In this document: in pieces, positions 26,741-35,561 of the stretch
Layout: every line of letters starts with the position of its first letter
Numbering within the stretch: position 1 is the first letter of the stretch
DNA from: Acidimicrobiales bacterium
Lineage (GTDB): Bacteria; Actinomycetota; Acidimicrobiia; Acidimicrobiales; Aldehydirespiratoraceae
Assembly (NCBI GenBank): GCA_965117015.1
Contig: OZ220747.1
Coordinates: 3,086,921-3,150,920 of the forward strand
Direction of reading: 5' to 3'
Length of the DNA: 64,000 nt
Position numbers and translations under genes: made by a program
The notes under the pieces: generated by a model
What the model was told of the DNA's origin: nothing
The model's input: only the letters and a program-made list of their open reading frames with translations
Database searches by the model: none

Positions 26741-27517
26741 CTAGACGGTCAGCGAGGAGGCGAGCAGGCCTCGGGTGTATGGATGTTCGGGCTTGGCGAA
26801 CAGCTCCTCGACCGGCTGCAGTTCCACGATCTCACCGTCGCGCATGACCGCGATGCGATCGGCTAGGTGGCGGGCGACTCCAAGGTCGTGGGTGATGAAC
26901 AGGTAGGTGAGGCCGTGATCGGCCTTGAGTTGCCGCAGCAGGTTCAGGACACCGGCCTGCACCGACACGTCGAGAGCGGAGGTCGGCTCGTCGAAGATGA
27001 CCATCGCGGGCTCCAGCACCAGTGCCCGGGCGAGCACGGCCCGCTGGGCCTGGCCTCCGCTCAGCTCGTGCGGGAGGCGGTGGCGTATCGCTGCGCTGAG
27101 ATCGAGCGACGCGATCATCTCGTCGGCTCGCTGCCTGCACTGAGCCCGGCTCAATGCGGTGTGGACCCGCAGCGGCTCCTCGATCTGGGCTCCCACCGGC
27201 TGGCGGGGGCTGAGTGCGAGCAGTGGGTTCTGGGCCACCATCTGGACCGGGACGCGAGCCCTGCGGCTGGCTCGCCCCCGCAGGCTGGCGAGCTCGGTGC
27301 CGTCATATGTGATGCTGCCGCGGCTGGGTCGGACCAGGCCGACGACAGCCTCGGCGAGAGTCGACTTGCCCGCGCCCGACTCCCCCACCACAGCCAGCGT
27401 CTCGCCCCTGCCCACATCCAGGTCAAGGCCGTCGAACACCGTGACCGGATGCCTTCGGCCTCCACCCCGCGCGGAGAACTCGACCCGCAGGCCTCGTATG
27501 GAGAGCAGCGCGGTCAT
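26741..27517 (-). CDS. peptide/opine/nickel-type ABC transporter ATP-binding protein (DppF/OppF-like)
   Basis: 258-aa ORF. Walker A GESGAGKST, signature LSGGQAQR, Walker B MVIFDEPTSALD. Confidence 0.85.
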   Translation of the reverse strand: MTALLSIRGLRVEFSARGGGRRHPVTVFDGLDLDVGRGETLAVVGESGAGKSTLAEAVVGLVRPSRGSITYDGTELASLRGRASRRARVPVQMVAQNPLLALSPRQPVGAQIEEPLRVHTALSRAQCRQRADEMIASLDLSAAIRHRLPHELSGGQAQRAVLARALVLEPAMVIFDEPTSALDVSVQAGVLNLLRQLKADHGLTYLFITHDLGVARHLADRIAVMRDGEIVELQPVEELFAKPEHPYTRGLLASSLTV

Positions 27518-28476
27518 CTCGGGGGCCCCGGACGACCGTCAGGGGCAGTGCCATCAGAACCCACCAGGACGCAAGCCGCGTGGTGGCCAGGCTGCACGAG
27601 GCGCGCCTCGGGCTGGCCCGCCCAGCATGCGTCGCGGACGCGGGGGCAACGGGGTGCGAAGGCGCAGCCGTTGATGGCACTCCGGCCGTCAGGTACGAGC
27701 CCGGGGATCGAGGCCAGCTGCTGCCCCACCGTCTCAGGTCGGGGGATGGACTCGAGCAGAGCCTGCGTGTAGGGGTGGCTCGGCGCGGCCAGCACCTGAT
27801 CGGCCCGGCCGTCCTCCGCGACCTGGCCGGCGTAGAGCACGACGATGCGCTCGCACACCCGCCGCAGCACGGCTAGGTCGTGGCTGATGAGCACCACCGC
27901 CAGCCCGGTGCGGTCCCGGAGCTCCTCGATGAGGTCGAGCACCTGCAGCTGCGTGGTCACGTCGAGGGCGGTGGTGGGCTCGTCGGCGATCAGCAGCCGG
28001 GGCGACTGGGCCAGCGCCAGCGCGATCACAGCCCGCTGGCTCATCCCTCCGGAGAGTTCGTGCGGGTAGGAGGCGAGGAGCCGGGGTGCATCCGGCAGTC
28101 CGACCTGTTCGAGCAGCTCACCCAACACTGCGGGGTCGTCGGTCCCGGTTACGAGCCGGAGTTGCTGGCCGATGGTGAACACCGGGTTCAGCGAGGCGCC
28201 CGGGTTCTGGTAGATGAGCGCGGCCACGGATTGCAGCGAGCCGTCCATGGCCATGGGTTCGCCGCCGAAGTGCAGGCTGCCCTCCACGCGGGCGGTGTCG
28301 GGCAGCAGTCCCAGCAACGCGCGGAACAGCACGCTCTTGCCGCAGCCGGACTCGCCGGCCACCCCCACGATCTCGCCGTCGCCCACGTGAAGCGACACGC
28401 CCCTCACGGCCTGCACCGGCCCGGTCGGCGGGTTGAAGGTGACGTGCAGCCCCTCAGCCTCCAGCAGGCTGCTCAT
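27514..28476 (-). CDS. peptide/opine/nickel-type ABC transporter ATP-binding protein (DppD/OppD-like)
   Basis: Starts MSSLLEAEGLHVTF. Motifs GESGCGKS, LSGGMSQR, LLIADEPTTALD and a C-terminal Cys-rich tail. ATGA overlaps on both sides. Confidence 0.85.
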   Translation of the reverse strand: MSSLLEAEGLHVTFNPPTGPVQAVRGVSLHVGDGEIVGVAGESGCGKSVLFRALLGLLPDTARVEGSLHFGGEPMAMDGSLQSVAALIYQNPGASLNPVFTIGQQLRLVTGTDDPAVLGELLEQVGLPDAPRLLASYPHELSGGMSQRAVIALALAQSPRLLIADEPTTALDVTTQLQVLDLIEELRDRTGLAVVLISHDLAVLRRVCERIVVLYAGQVAEDGRADQVLAAPSHPYTQALLESIPRPETVGQQLASIPGLVPDGRSAINGCAFAPRCPRVRDACWAGQPEARLVQPGHHAACVLVGSDGTAPDGRPGPPR

Positions 28477-29402
28477 TCGCGGTCTTCCCGTGTGCGAGGG
28501 TCGGTGACGTCGCGGATCACGTCTCCCATCAGGTTGAAGGCCACCGCCGCGATCACGATGGCCGCTCCCGCGAAGCCGGCGATCCACCACTGCCCGGAGA
28601 GCACGTACTGGCGGCCTTCGGAGATCATCACGCCCCAGTCGGCGGTCGGCGGGCGTGGGCCGAGCCCCACGAAGCTCAGGCCGGCTGCAGTCAGCACGGC
28701 TGCGCCCAGATCAGCGGTGGCCTGCACCCAGACGGGTGCCATGGCGTTGGGAATGAGATGCACGGCGAGGATGCGCCGGTGGGGTATGCCGATGGCGCGC
28801 ACCGCCTTGATGAATGGCCGTTCGCGCAGGCTGAGGACCTGAGCGCGCACCAAGCGCGCGTACCACGGCCACCAAGAGACCGCTATGGCGATGATGGTGT
28901 TGCGGACGCTCGCTCCTAGCGCAGCCGCTACCAGCACCGCCAGCAACAACGGCGGGAAGGCCAGGAACGTGTCGGTGATCCGCATGAGGACCTCGTCGAC
29001 CCATCGCCCGAAGTAGCCCGCCACTGCGCCCACCACCACGCCGACGACCACCGACAGCACTACGACCCCGACCGCCACCACCAGGGCGGTGCGAGCCCCG
29101 AAGAGCAGCCGGGCCAGCACGTCGCGCCCCAGATCGTCGGTGCCCAACCAGTGTGACCAACTGGGGCCCTGCAGACGGATGGACAGGTCCGGAACGCCGC
29201 GGCCGGCATCGGCGTAGGGAGTGAGCCACGGAGCGAACACCGCGGCCACCCCAAAGAGCACGGCCACCACCGCGGCCGCCATCCCCAGCCAGCTTCTCCG
29301 GTAGTACCAGAACGCGCTGCCCGGCGCCGCGAAGCGGCTCGGCTTGCCGGCCACGCCCGAGAGGCCGAAACGACCCGCCTTTGGAGGTGCTTCGGTGCCC
29401 AT
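28473..29402 (-). CDS. ABC transporter permease (DppC/OppC-like)
   Basis: Starts MGTEAPPKAGRFG. Membrane protein with a DppC-like conserved loop (FIKAVRAIGIPHRRILAVHLIPN). Confidence 0.85.
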   Translation of the reverse strand: MGTEAPPKAGRFGLSGVAGKPSRFAAPGSAFWYYRRSWLGMAAAVVAVLFGVAAVFAPWLTPYADAGRGVPDLSIRLQGPSWSHWLGTDDLGRDVLARLLFGARTALVVAVGVVVLSVVVGVVVGAVAGYFGRWVDEVLMRITDTFLAFPPLLLAVLVAAALGASVRNTIIAIAVSWWPWYARLVRAQVLSLRERPFIKAVRAIGIPHRRILAVHLIPNAMAPVWVQATADLGAAVLTAAGLSFVGLGPRPPTADWGVMISEGRQYVLSGQWWIAGFAGAAIVIAAVAFNLMGDVIRDVTDPRTREDRE

Positions 29403-30484
29403 CAGTCCAGAGCCACCCTGGGATCGAGCCGGGCCTGCAGCAGGTCGAGGCCAAGGTTGACCAGCACGTAGATCACGGTGACGGCCAGCGCCGCCGCGGT
29501 GATGACCGGGAAGTCCAGCCGCACGACCGCGTCGGTGAGGTACTTGCCCAGCCCCGGCCATGCGAACACCGCTTCCACCAGGAACGCACTCGACACCGAG
29601 TAGGCAAACGTGAGACCCAGCACGGTCAGGGTGGGCAGCAGCGCGTTCTTCAGCGCTAGGCGCCGGAGCACCGTGCGCCTGGGTATCTGGGCCACGGTGG
29701 CGGCCTCTATGTAGTCGCTGCCGAGCACCTCCAGCATCGATCCCCGGATCAGCCGGATGGTGAGCCCCAGTGGGTAGGCGGTCATCACGGCCACCGGCAT
29801 GGCGAGATGCACGACGACATCCGCGAAGTTCGACCAGCTCCCCGATAGCGCGGAGTCGATCAGGAAGAAGCCGGTCGGCTCGTTGAAGCTGGTGGATGAG
29901 TCGGTGCGGCCCGCCAGTGGCAGCCAGCCCAGCCGGGAGGCGAACAGCAGTTGGAGCAGCAGCGCCGACCAGAAGACCGGCAGCGACACACCCGTCACGG
30001 CGAACAGCCGGATGGAGGTGTCCCCCAACCGGCTCCGGCGGGCCGCGGCGGCCACCCCGGCCGGGACGCCCACCGCCATGGCCAACGCGGTCGCAGCCAG
30101 CGCTAGCTCCAGGGTGGCCGGCAGGAACCGGCGGAGATCCTCGGCGATCGGACGCTTGGTGGCGAACGACACGCCGAGATCGCCCCGGGCAAGCTGACCC
30201 ACGTAGGACGCGTACTGCGACAGCACGGGGGCATCGAGGTTCAGATCCCGGCGCACCTGCTCGACCTGCTCGGGCCGGGCCCTGACTCCGGCGTACAGCG
30301 CGGCGGGATCCGATGGCACCAGCCTGGCCACCACGAAGGTGACGGTGATCACGCCGAGGATCACCAGCAGGCTGGTGACCACCCGGCGCAGCAGGTAGCG
30401 GGATCTGATCAGCCCGGTGCGCTGCTGAGATGGAGCGCTGCTGGGTGTCTGCTCGGTCAAGCGTTGGCTTGGATCAGCTTCCAC
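29402..30484 (-). CDS. ABC transporter permease (DppB/OppB-like)
   Basis: 360-aa ORF. YLLRRVVTSLLVILGVITVTF is the typical DppB N-terminus. An alternative TTG start at 30460 would form a TTGA overlap with the upstream stop. Confidence 0.8.
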   Translation of the reverse strand: MEADPSQRLTEQTPSSAPSQQRTGLIRSRYLLRRVVTSLLVILGVITVTFVVARLVPSDPAALYAGVRARPEQVEQVRRDLNLDAPVLSQYASYVGQLARGDLGVSFATKRPIAEDLRRFLPATLELALAATALAMAVGVPAGVAAAARRSRLGDTSIRLFAVTGVSLPVFWSALLLQLLFASRLGWLPLAGRTDSSTSFNEPTGFFLIDSALSGSWSNFADVVVHLAMPVAVMTAYPLGLTIRLIRGSMLEVLGSDYIEAATVAQIPRRTVLRRLALKNALLPTLTVLGLTFAYSVSSAFLVEAVFAWPGLGKYLTDAVVRLDFPVITAAALAVTVIYVLVNLGLDLLQARLDPRVALD

Positions 30485-31920
30485 AGTGCTTCGATGTGTG
30501 CCCGGGTCGTCCAGATCGAGCCCACCGCGACGCGAACGTAGCGTCGCTCGTCGACCTCGGACCCGGTCACGTAGAAGCGACCGTCAGAGTTGATGGTGTC
30601 GATCAGCGCGTCGGTGGCCGCGTTGCCGTCACCATGGGCGAAGGGAACCATGGCGAAGGGCACTGGAGCGATCAGGTCGAGCCGGGGGTGCAAGTCGATT
30701 CGGGCTGCCAGCGTCCGGGCCCACGCGACCTGGGACCGGATCATCTTGCGCAGCCCCTCGGCACCGAAGGAGCGCAGCACGAACCACAGCTTCAACGCCC
30801 TGAAGGGTCGGCTAAGGGGCAGGTGCCAGTCCCGGTAGTCGATGACCGCGCCCGAAGCCGACGCCTGGTTGCGCAGATAGGGCGGCTGCACGCTGAGCGT
30901 GTCGATGAGCGGGCGACGGTCGGGCACCCACATCACCGAGCAGCCCACGTTGGTGGCCAGCCACTTGTGGGGGTTGAACGTGTAGCTGTCGACCAACTCC
31001 AGCCCGTCCTGGTGGTGGCGGAACTCCTCACAGATCATGGCTGAGCCCGCATAGGCGGCGTCGACGTGGTGCCACATCCCCGTGGACCGTGCGATCTCGC
31101 CGAAGGCGCGTACCGGATCCACTCCGGTGGTGCCGGTGGTGCCCAGCGCCGAGCACACGAATGCGGGCTCGAGGCCGGCTCGGCGGTCTGACGCGACCGC
31201 CGCAGCCAATGTCTCGGGTCTCACCGAGAACACCTCGTCGGTGTCAAGCAGCCTGATGTGCTCGTAGCCGGCTACCCGTGCGCCCTTCTCGATCGAGGAA
31301 TGGGCCTGGTCGGATGTGTAGGCCACCATCTTCTCGATGGGCACGCCGGTGCGCTTACGGCACTGGTCGCGGGCCACCACCAGCGCGGTGTGGGTAGACG
31401 ACGAGGCCCCCGACAGGAGCACTCCGCCCCCACGCGACGTGGCCTTCCACTGCTGAGGCAGATCCAACAGATCGACCAGCCAGTCCAGGACGTGGGACTC
31501 GATCTCGGTCGCCGCCGGCGACGTGGACCACATCATCGTTTCCACGGAGATGCCGGCTGCGGCAAGCTCGCCGAGCACCGCGGCCGGTGAGGAGGCCGCG
31601 GGGAAGTACGCCAGCCATCCGGGGTGCTGCCAGTGGGCCAGCGACGGCGTGACAACCCCATCAAGGTCGTTTAGCAGGGCTTCGAACGGCTCCGGATGCT
31701 CCGGCGCCCGGGCTGGGAGCTTGGCTCGCACTGCGCCGGGTTCGATCGGCTTGTACACGGGCACGGAGTTGAGCCCGCGGTAGTAGTCGCTCACCCAGTC
31801 GATGAGGGCGTGCCCGTTACGCCGAAAGGCCTCGATGTCGAGCGGGTCGGTCGACGGCGACGGATCGTGCGGACCGGCAACACCGCCCTGGAGGGTGGGG
31901 TACTGCAGGCTCTTAGCCAT
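30457..31920 (-). CDS. pyridoxal-dependent (group II) decarboxylase, aromatic-L-amino-acid decarboxylase-like
   Basis: 487-aa ORF. HWQHPGWLAYFPA, HVDAAYAGSA and the NPHKW PLP-lysine motif are typical of DDC/tyrosine-decarboxylase-like enzymes. Confidence 0.85.
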   Translation of the reverse strand: MAKSLQYPTLQGGVAGPHDPSPSTDPLDIEAFRRNGHALIDWVSDYYRGLNSVPVYKPIEPGAVRAKLPARAPEHPEPFEALLNDLDGVVTPSLAHWQHPGWLAYFPAASSPAAVLGELAAAGISVETMMWSTSPAATEIESHVLDWLVDLLDLPQQWKATSRGGGVLLSGASSSTHTALVVARDQCRKRTGVPIEKMVAYTSDQAHSSIEKGARVAGYEHIRLLDTDEVFSVRPETLAAAVASDRRAGLEPAFVCSALGTTGTTGVDPVRAFGEIARSTGMWHHVDAAYAGSAMICEEFRHHQDGLELVDSYTFNPHKWLATNVGCSVMWVPDRRPLIDTLSVQPPYLRNQASASGAVIDYRDWHLPLSRPFRALKLWFVLRSFGAEGLRKMIRSQVAWARTLAARIDLHPRLDLIAPVPFAMVPFAHGDGNAATDALIDTINSDGRFYVTGSEVDERRYVRVAVGSIWTTRAHIEALWKLIQANA

Positions 31921-33073
31921 GGCTGCCGCCGGTCCCCACGAGTTCCTCTATGGGGACGTAGGGGATGCCGAAGCCGAAGTAGCCGGGGCCCGACGCGCTG
32001 GTCAGGGTCTGCGGCTCCCGCATGACGTCCAGACCTCTCATTCCGACGGCCACTACCTCGTCACCCATCCGGATTTCGGTGTTGGTGTAGCCCCGGCCGT
32101 TTCCCGGGTTCACCATCGTCACCAGGTCGGGGCTGCACACCCAGGGCTCGCCGTCCAGCCAGGTGACATGGATCTCGTTCTTGAACCACGCCCGCAGCGA
32201 GTGGCCCGAGGAGCGTTCCGTGCCCGTGATGTCCATGGTGCCGACCATGAAGCCGCCCGAGTCCTGCCACCTCTTGCCGGTGACGACACCCTCGAACAGG
32301 CGCCACCCGCCGGCGACCTCCAGCGCGGCGTCCGTCGGGTCCGCTCCCTCGGCGGCCGCGAGCCGGCAGGCCCGACCGATCTCCAGGCATCGGGTGAGCG
32401 TGCCGGGAACCAGTATCTCCTTCATCCGCTGGGCGCGGATGGCGGTCGAGGCCACCGAGGTGCCGGTGATGCCGGCCATGGACAGGTGGCGCCCGACCCG
32501 CTCGAGCATGTACGAGTTGGCCGTTCTGGCCACGATCGTCGTGTTGCCCCACCGGTCCACCGACGCGAACGGGTCGCTGGCCACGCCGTAGACGTGCGGA
32601 GTGCTCTGCATCTCCTCGGGAACCGCTCGTCCCGAGTAGTCGCCGTCCACTACCGGGATGCCGAGTCGGGCCGCCACCACCAGCGGGGCCGGTGAGTTGT
32701 AGGCGCCGAGTTCTGAGACGACGATGCACCCGATCGGCTCGCCGAGGTGTTCCGCCAGCACGCCCACCGCCTCCTGCATGCCCTGCTCTTCCGATCTCGG
32801 CTTCGCATCGAGGTGCATCGCCCGCAGCAGGGCGTCCTGGTCGGTGGGCGGCGCGATAGAGCCCATGCCGTACACCATGGCCGTGAGGGTGTCGTCGCTG
32901 ATGAGGTCCTTGTCGCTCCATCCGAGATCTAGGCCTTCGGCGAGAGCGGCCTCCAGGATGGCTGCCCCCATGGCGGGGTCACCGCCCCCGCCGGTGGACA
33001 TGAACCGGCACCCGTCGATGAAGTCGACGCAGTCCTCGACGGACGTGAGGGTTCGGGCCTTCGGGATGTTCAT
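31913..33073 (-). CDS. DUF917 domain protein (paralogue 2)
   Basis: 386-aa ORF. N-terminus FIDGCRFMSTGGGGDP parallels the GAGGGGDP of paralogue 1. 8-nt overlap with the decarboxylase start. Confidence 0.75.
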   Translation of the reverse strand: MNIPKARTLTSVEDCVDFIDGCRFMSTGGGGDPAMGAAILEAALAEGLDLGWSDKDLISDDTLTAMVYGMGSIAPPTDQDALLRAMHLDAKPRSEEQGMQEAVGVLAEHLGEPIGCIVVSELGAYNSPAPLVVAARLGIPVVDGDYSGRAVPEEMQSTPHVYGVASDPFASVDRWGNTTIVARTANSYMLERVGRHLSMAGITGTSVASTAIRAQRMKEILVPGTLTRCLEIGRACRLAAAEGADPTDAALEVAGGWRLFEGVVTGKRWQDSGGFMVGTMDITGTERSSGHSLRAWFKNEIHVTWLDGEPWVCSPDLVTMVNPGNGRGYTNTEIRMGDEVVAVGMRGLDVMREPQTLTSASGPGYFGFGIPYVPIEELVGTGGSHG

Positions 33074-33127
33074 CGATCCGGGCGGGCTGGTGGGCGCGGC
33101 GATGCTCGGCGTTGGCCTGCGGTCGCG

Positions 33128-34828
33128 TCAGCCGGCGAGGCGCAGGTCGTGGAACCGCACCATCTGGCTGTACGCCGGGTTCGAGACGAAGCCGGAGTAC
33201 TTGGCGTTGATCACGTCGACGGTGGGGACGTCCAGCATGAACACGCCGGCGTTCTCGTCGACCAGGATCCTCTGGGCCTCCTGGAACATCTCGACGGCCG
33301 CTGCCTGGTCGGTGCCGCTGACGGCATCCGCGTCGACGATCAGCGTGTCGAACGTCTCGTTGGAGAAGTATCCGAGGTTGAAGAACGGTTCATCCTCGGA
33401 ATGGAACGTCGAGAACAGGAAGTCGAAGGGCGTGACGTAGGTCGGGAACCAGAACATGGTGAAGATGTCCTGAGCCCCCTCCGGGTCGGCCTGCGCCTTC
33501 TGCCAGCGGGCGTCGAACGTCAGAGGCTCGAGCACTAGGTCCACGCCGATGGTGGCCAGGTTCGCCTTCCACACCTCGCCGATCTGCTGTTGCTCGGTGG
33601 TGCCGGCGTCGTAGCTGTAGACGAGGGACAGGTCTGTCGCCCCGACGGCCTCGAGGATCGCTCTCGCCCGGTCGAGGTCGGTCTGGGGGAGGTCCAGGTC
33701 GGGGTCGAAGCCCCATACGGTCGCCGGGATCATCCCGTGGGCCCGTGAGCCCTGGCCGCCGTACAACGCGTCAGCCACATCGTCGTAGGGGAACGACAGC
33801 ACGACGGCCTCACGCACCTCAGGAGACAGGCGGCGGTGGTTGAGCATCCCGAAGAGGTTCGTCATCGACGGCCCGCTGATCACCTCGACGCCCGGCACCT
33901 GGCCGAGGGCGGGATAGACGTCGAAGGGCAGGTTGAAGGTGTAGTCGGCCTCGCCGTCCCGGATGAGCTGTTCGGCGAGGACCGGATCCTCGATCAGTCG
34001 GAACTCGGCGATGTCGACCTGCCCGTCCTCCCATCCTCCCCAGTAGCCGTCGAAGCGGACGAGGGTGGTGCTGCCGGACGGGTCGTGGGACTCGATCGTG
34101 TAGGGCCCAGTGCCGGCGCCGTTGCCCTGGTTGAACCACGCGGCGTCCTGGAGAGCCGAGTCGGGGCTCACGATGTACACCGCGAAGCCGGCCGACATGA
34201 TGATGTCGAGTGGCGCCGGCCACGCCAGGTTGAACGTGATCGTCAACTCGTCCTCGACAGCCATCGACTCGATGGGCAGGAGCATGAAGGACGCACCCAG
34301 GCCGAGGTCGATGGTGCGCTGCAGGGAGCCGCGGACGGCTTCGGCGGTGAGGGGCGCACCGTCGTGGAAGTTCACGCCCTCACGGAGGTTGAAGGTCCAC
34401 ACGGTGGCGTCGTCGTTGGATGTCCATGATTCGGCCAGAACGCCGACCAGTTGCTCGGACGCGGGGGCCTCGGGGTCGTCGAGCCGGGTCAGGGTCTCGT
34501 AGACGTTCTGCAGCAGGATGTGCTCCGACGAGAAGGCGCTGGCCGGGTCGAGGTCGGTGAACGAGTAGGGGTTGGCGTACACGAACCGGGTCTCGGCCGC
34601 GGGTGCGGCCGCCTCAGAGTCGGTGGCTTCGGGCTCGGTCGTCTCGGGGGCAGTGTCGGCGGTGTCGGCGTCCGTGGTGGCCGCTTCGGTCGTTGCAGTC
34701 TGGGAAGTCTCCGACTCGCTCACCCCGGCATCGGTACTGGCGGGGCTGCCATCATTCGCTCCGTCGGAGCACGACATCGCCATCAGCGCGATGGCTGCAG
34801 CAACCAGGATCTGCGTCTTCAACCTCAT
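33128..34828 (-). CDS. ABC transporter substrate-binding lipoprotein (family 5, peptide/opine/nickel type) with acidic linker
   Basis: 566-aa ORF. Signal peptide with lipobox MAMSC, about 55 aa of T/E/A/D-rich linker, then a family-5 SBP body. RBS GGAGAGGAG lies upstream. Confidence 0.85.
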   Translation of the reverse strand: MRLKTQILVAAAIALMAMSCSDGANDGSPASTDAGVSESETSQTATTEAATTDADTADTAPETTEPEATDSEAAAPAAETRFVYANPYSFTDLDPASAFSSEHILLQNVYETLTRLDDPEAPASEQLVGVLAESWTSNDDATVWTFNLREGVNFHDGAPLTAEAVRGSLQRTIDLGLGASFMLLPIESMAVEDELTITFNLAWPAPLDIIMSAGFAVYIVSPDSALQDAAWFNQGNGAGTGPYTIESHDPSGSTTLVRFDGYWGGWEDGQVDIAEFRLIEDPVLAEQLIRDGEADYTFNLPFDVYPALGQVPGVEVISGPSMTNLFGMLNHRRLSPEVREAVVLSFPYDDVADALYGGQGSRAHGMIPATVWGFDPDLDLPQTDLDRARAILEAVGATDLSLVYSYDAGTTEQQQIGEVWKANLATIGVDLVLEPLTFDARWQKAQADPEGAQDIFTMFWFPTYVTPFDFLFSTFHSEDEPFFNLGYFSNETFDTLIVDADAVSGTDQAAAVEMFQEAQRILVDENAGVFMLDVPTVDVINAKYSGFVSNPAYSQMVRFHDLRLAG

Positions 34829-34854
34829 TGGGATCTCCTCTCCAGGATGTGACC

Positions 34855-34940
34855 GGTGTGGTAAAAAACATTTAGCATATATCGCTAGTTACTGCAAATC
34901 TTTTACCATAATGCCGATATATCTGTATGATCTTGCAAGA
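34855..34940. promoter_or_regulatory. AT-rich divergent control region between the SBP operon and the Lrp-type regulator gene
   Basis: Conspicuously low-GC stretch (AAAAAACATTTAGCATATATCGCTAGTTACTGCAAATCTTTTACCATAATGCCGATATATCTGTATGATCTTGCAAG) in an otherwise GC-rich window. Contains the palindrome CTTGCAAG. Confidence 0.45.
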
Positions 34941-35050
34941 GAACGCTGCGAGTCGGCGGCCTTGCGCGCTAGATGCCAGCCGTGAGAAGATCGCCCTTCC
35001 GGTCCCGTTGCCCGACCCCATGGCAACCGTAGAAGCGAGAGGTTCGTAGC

Positions 35051-35545
35051 TTGGAGCTAGACGACCTAGACCTCGACATCGTTCGGATTCTCAGCGACGA
35101 CGGCAGGGCCAGCTACAGCGAGATGTCCAAGGCGCTGGGCGTCAGCGTCGGCACGGTCCGGAACCGGGTAAACCAGATGCGGGACACCGGCATGCTGTAC
35201 TTCAACGTCTGGCTGGACCCGCACCGGTCTGGCATCGGCGTCATCGCCACGTTGCTCTTGAAGGTGCAGGCGGGATGCCTCCCGGAAGTGACGTCGACGC
35301 TGATCGATCTGGTCGAGACCGGATACGTCGCCACCCTGGCGGGCGAACACGATGTACTTACGGACGTCTTCTGCCGGGACGCGTTTCATCTCAGCCGTCT
35401 GGTACACGATGAGATCCAGACCATCGAGGGCGTTATCGAGGTCCGCTGCTACCTCGTTACCGACATCAAGTACGAGTCCAGCCTCAACATCCGGAGCGTG
35501 ATCAACAAGTCGGGCGAGTCAGGCAGCGTCAGCGGCGAAGTCTGA
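35051..35545 (+). CDS. Lrp/AsnC family transcriptional regulator
   Basis: 164-aa ORF with TTG start. LDLDIVRILSDDGRASYSEMSKALGVSVGTVRNRV is the Lrp/AsnC N-terminal HTH. Confidence 0.8.
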   Translation: MELDDLDLDIVRILSDDGRASYSEMSKALGVSVGTVRNRVNQMRDTGMLYFNVWLDPHRSGIGVIATLLLKVQAGCLPEVTSTLIDLVETGYVATLAGEHDVLTDVFCRDAFHLSRLVHDEIQTIEGVIEVRCYLVTDIKYESSLNIRSVINKSGESGSVSGEV

Positions 35546-35561
35546 AGGGGCTAAGGAGGAG

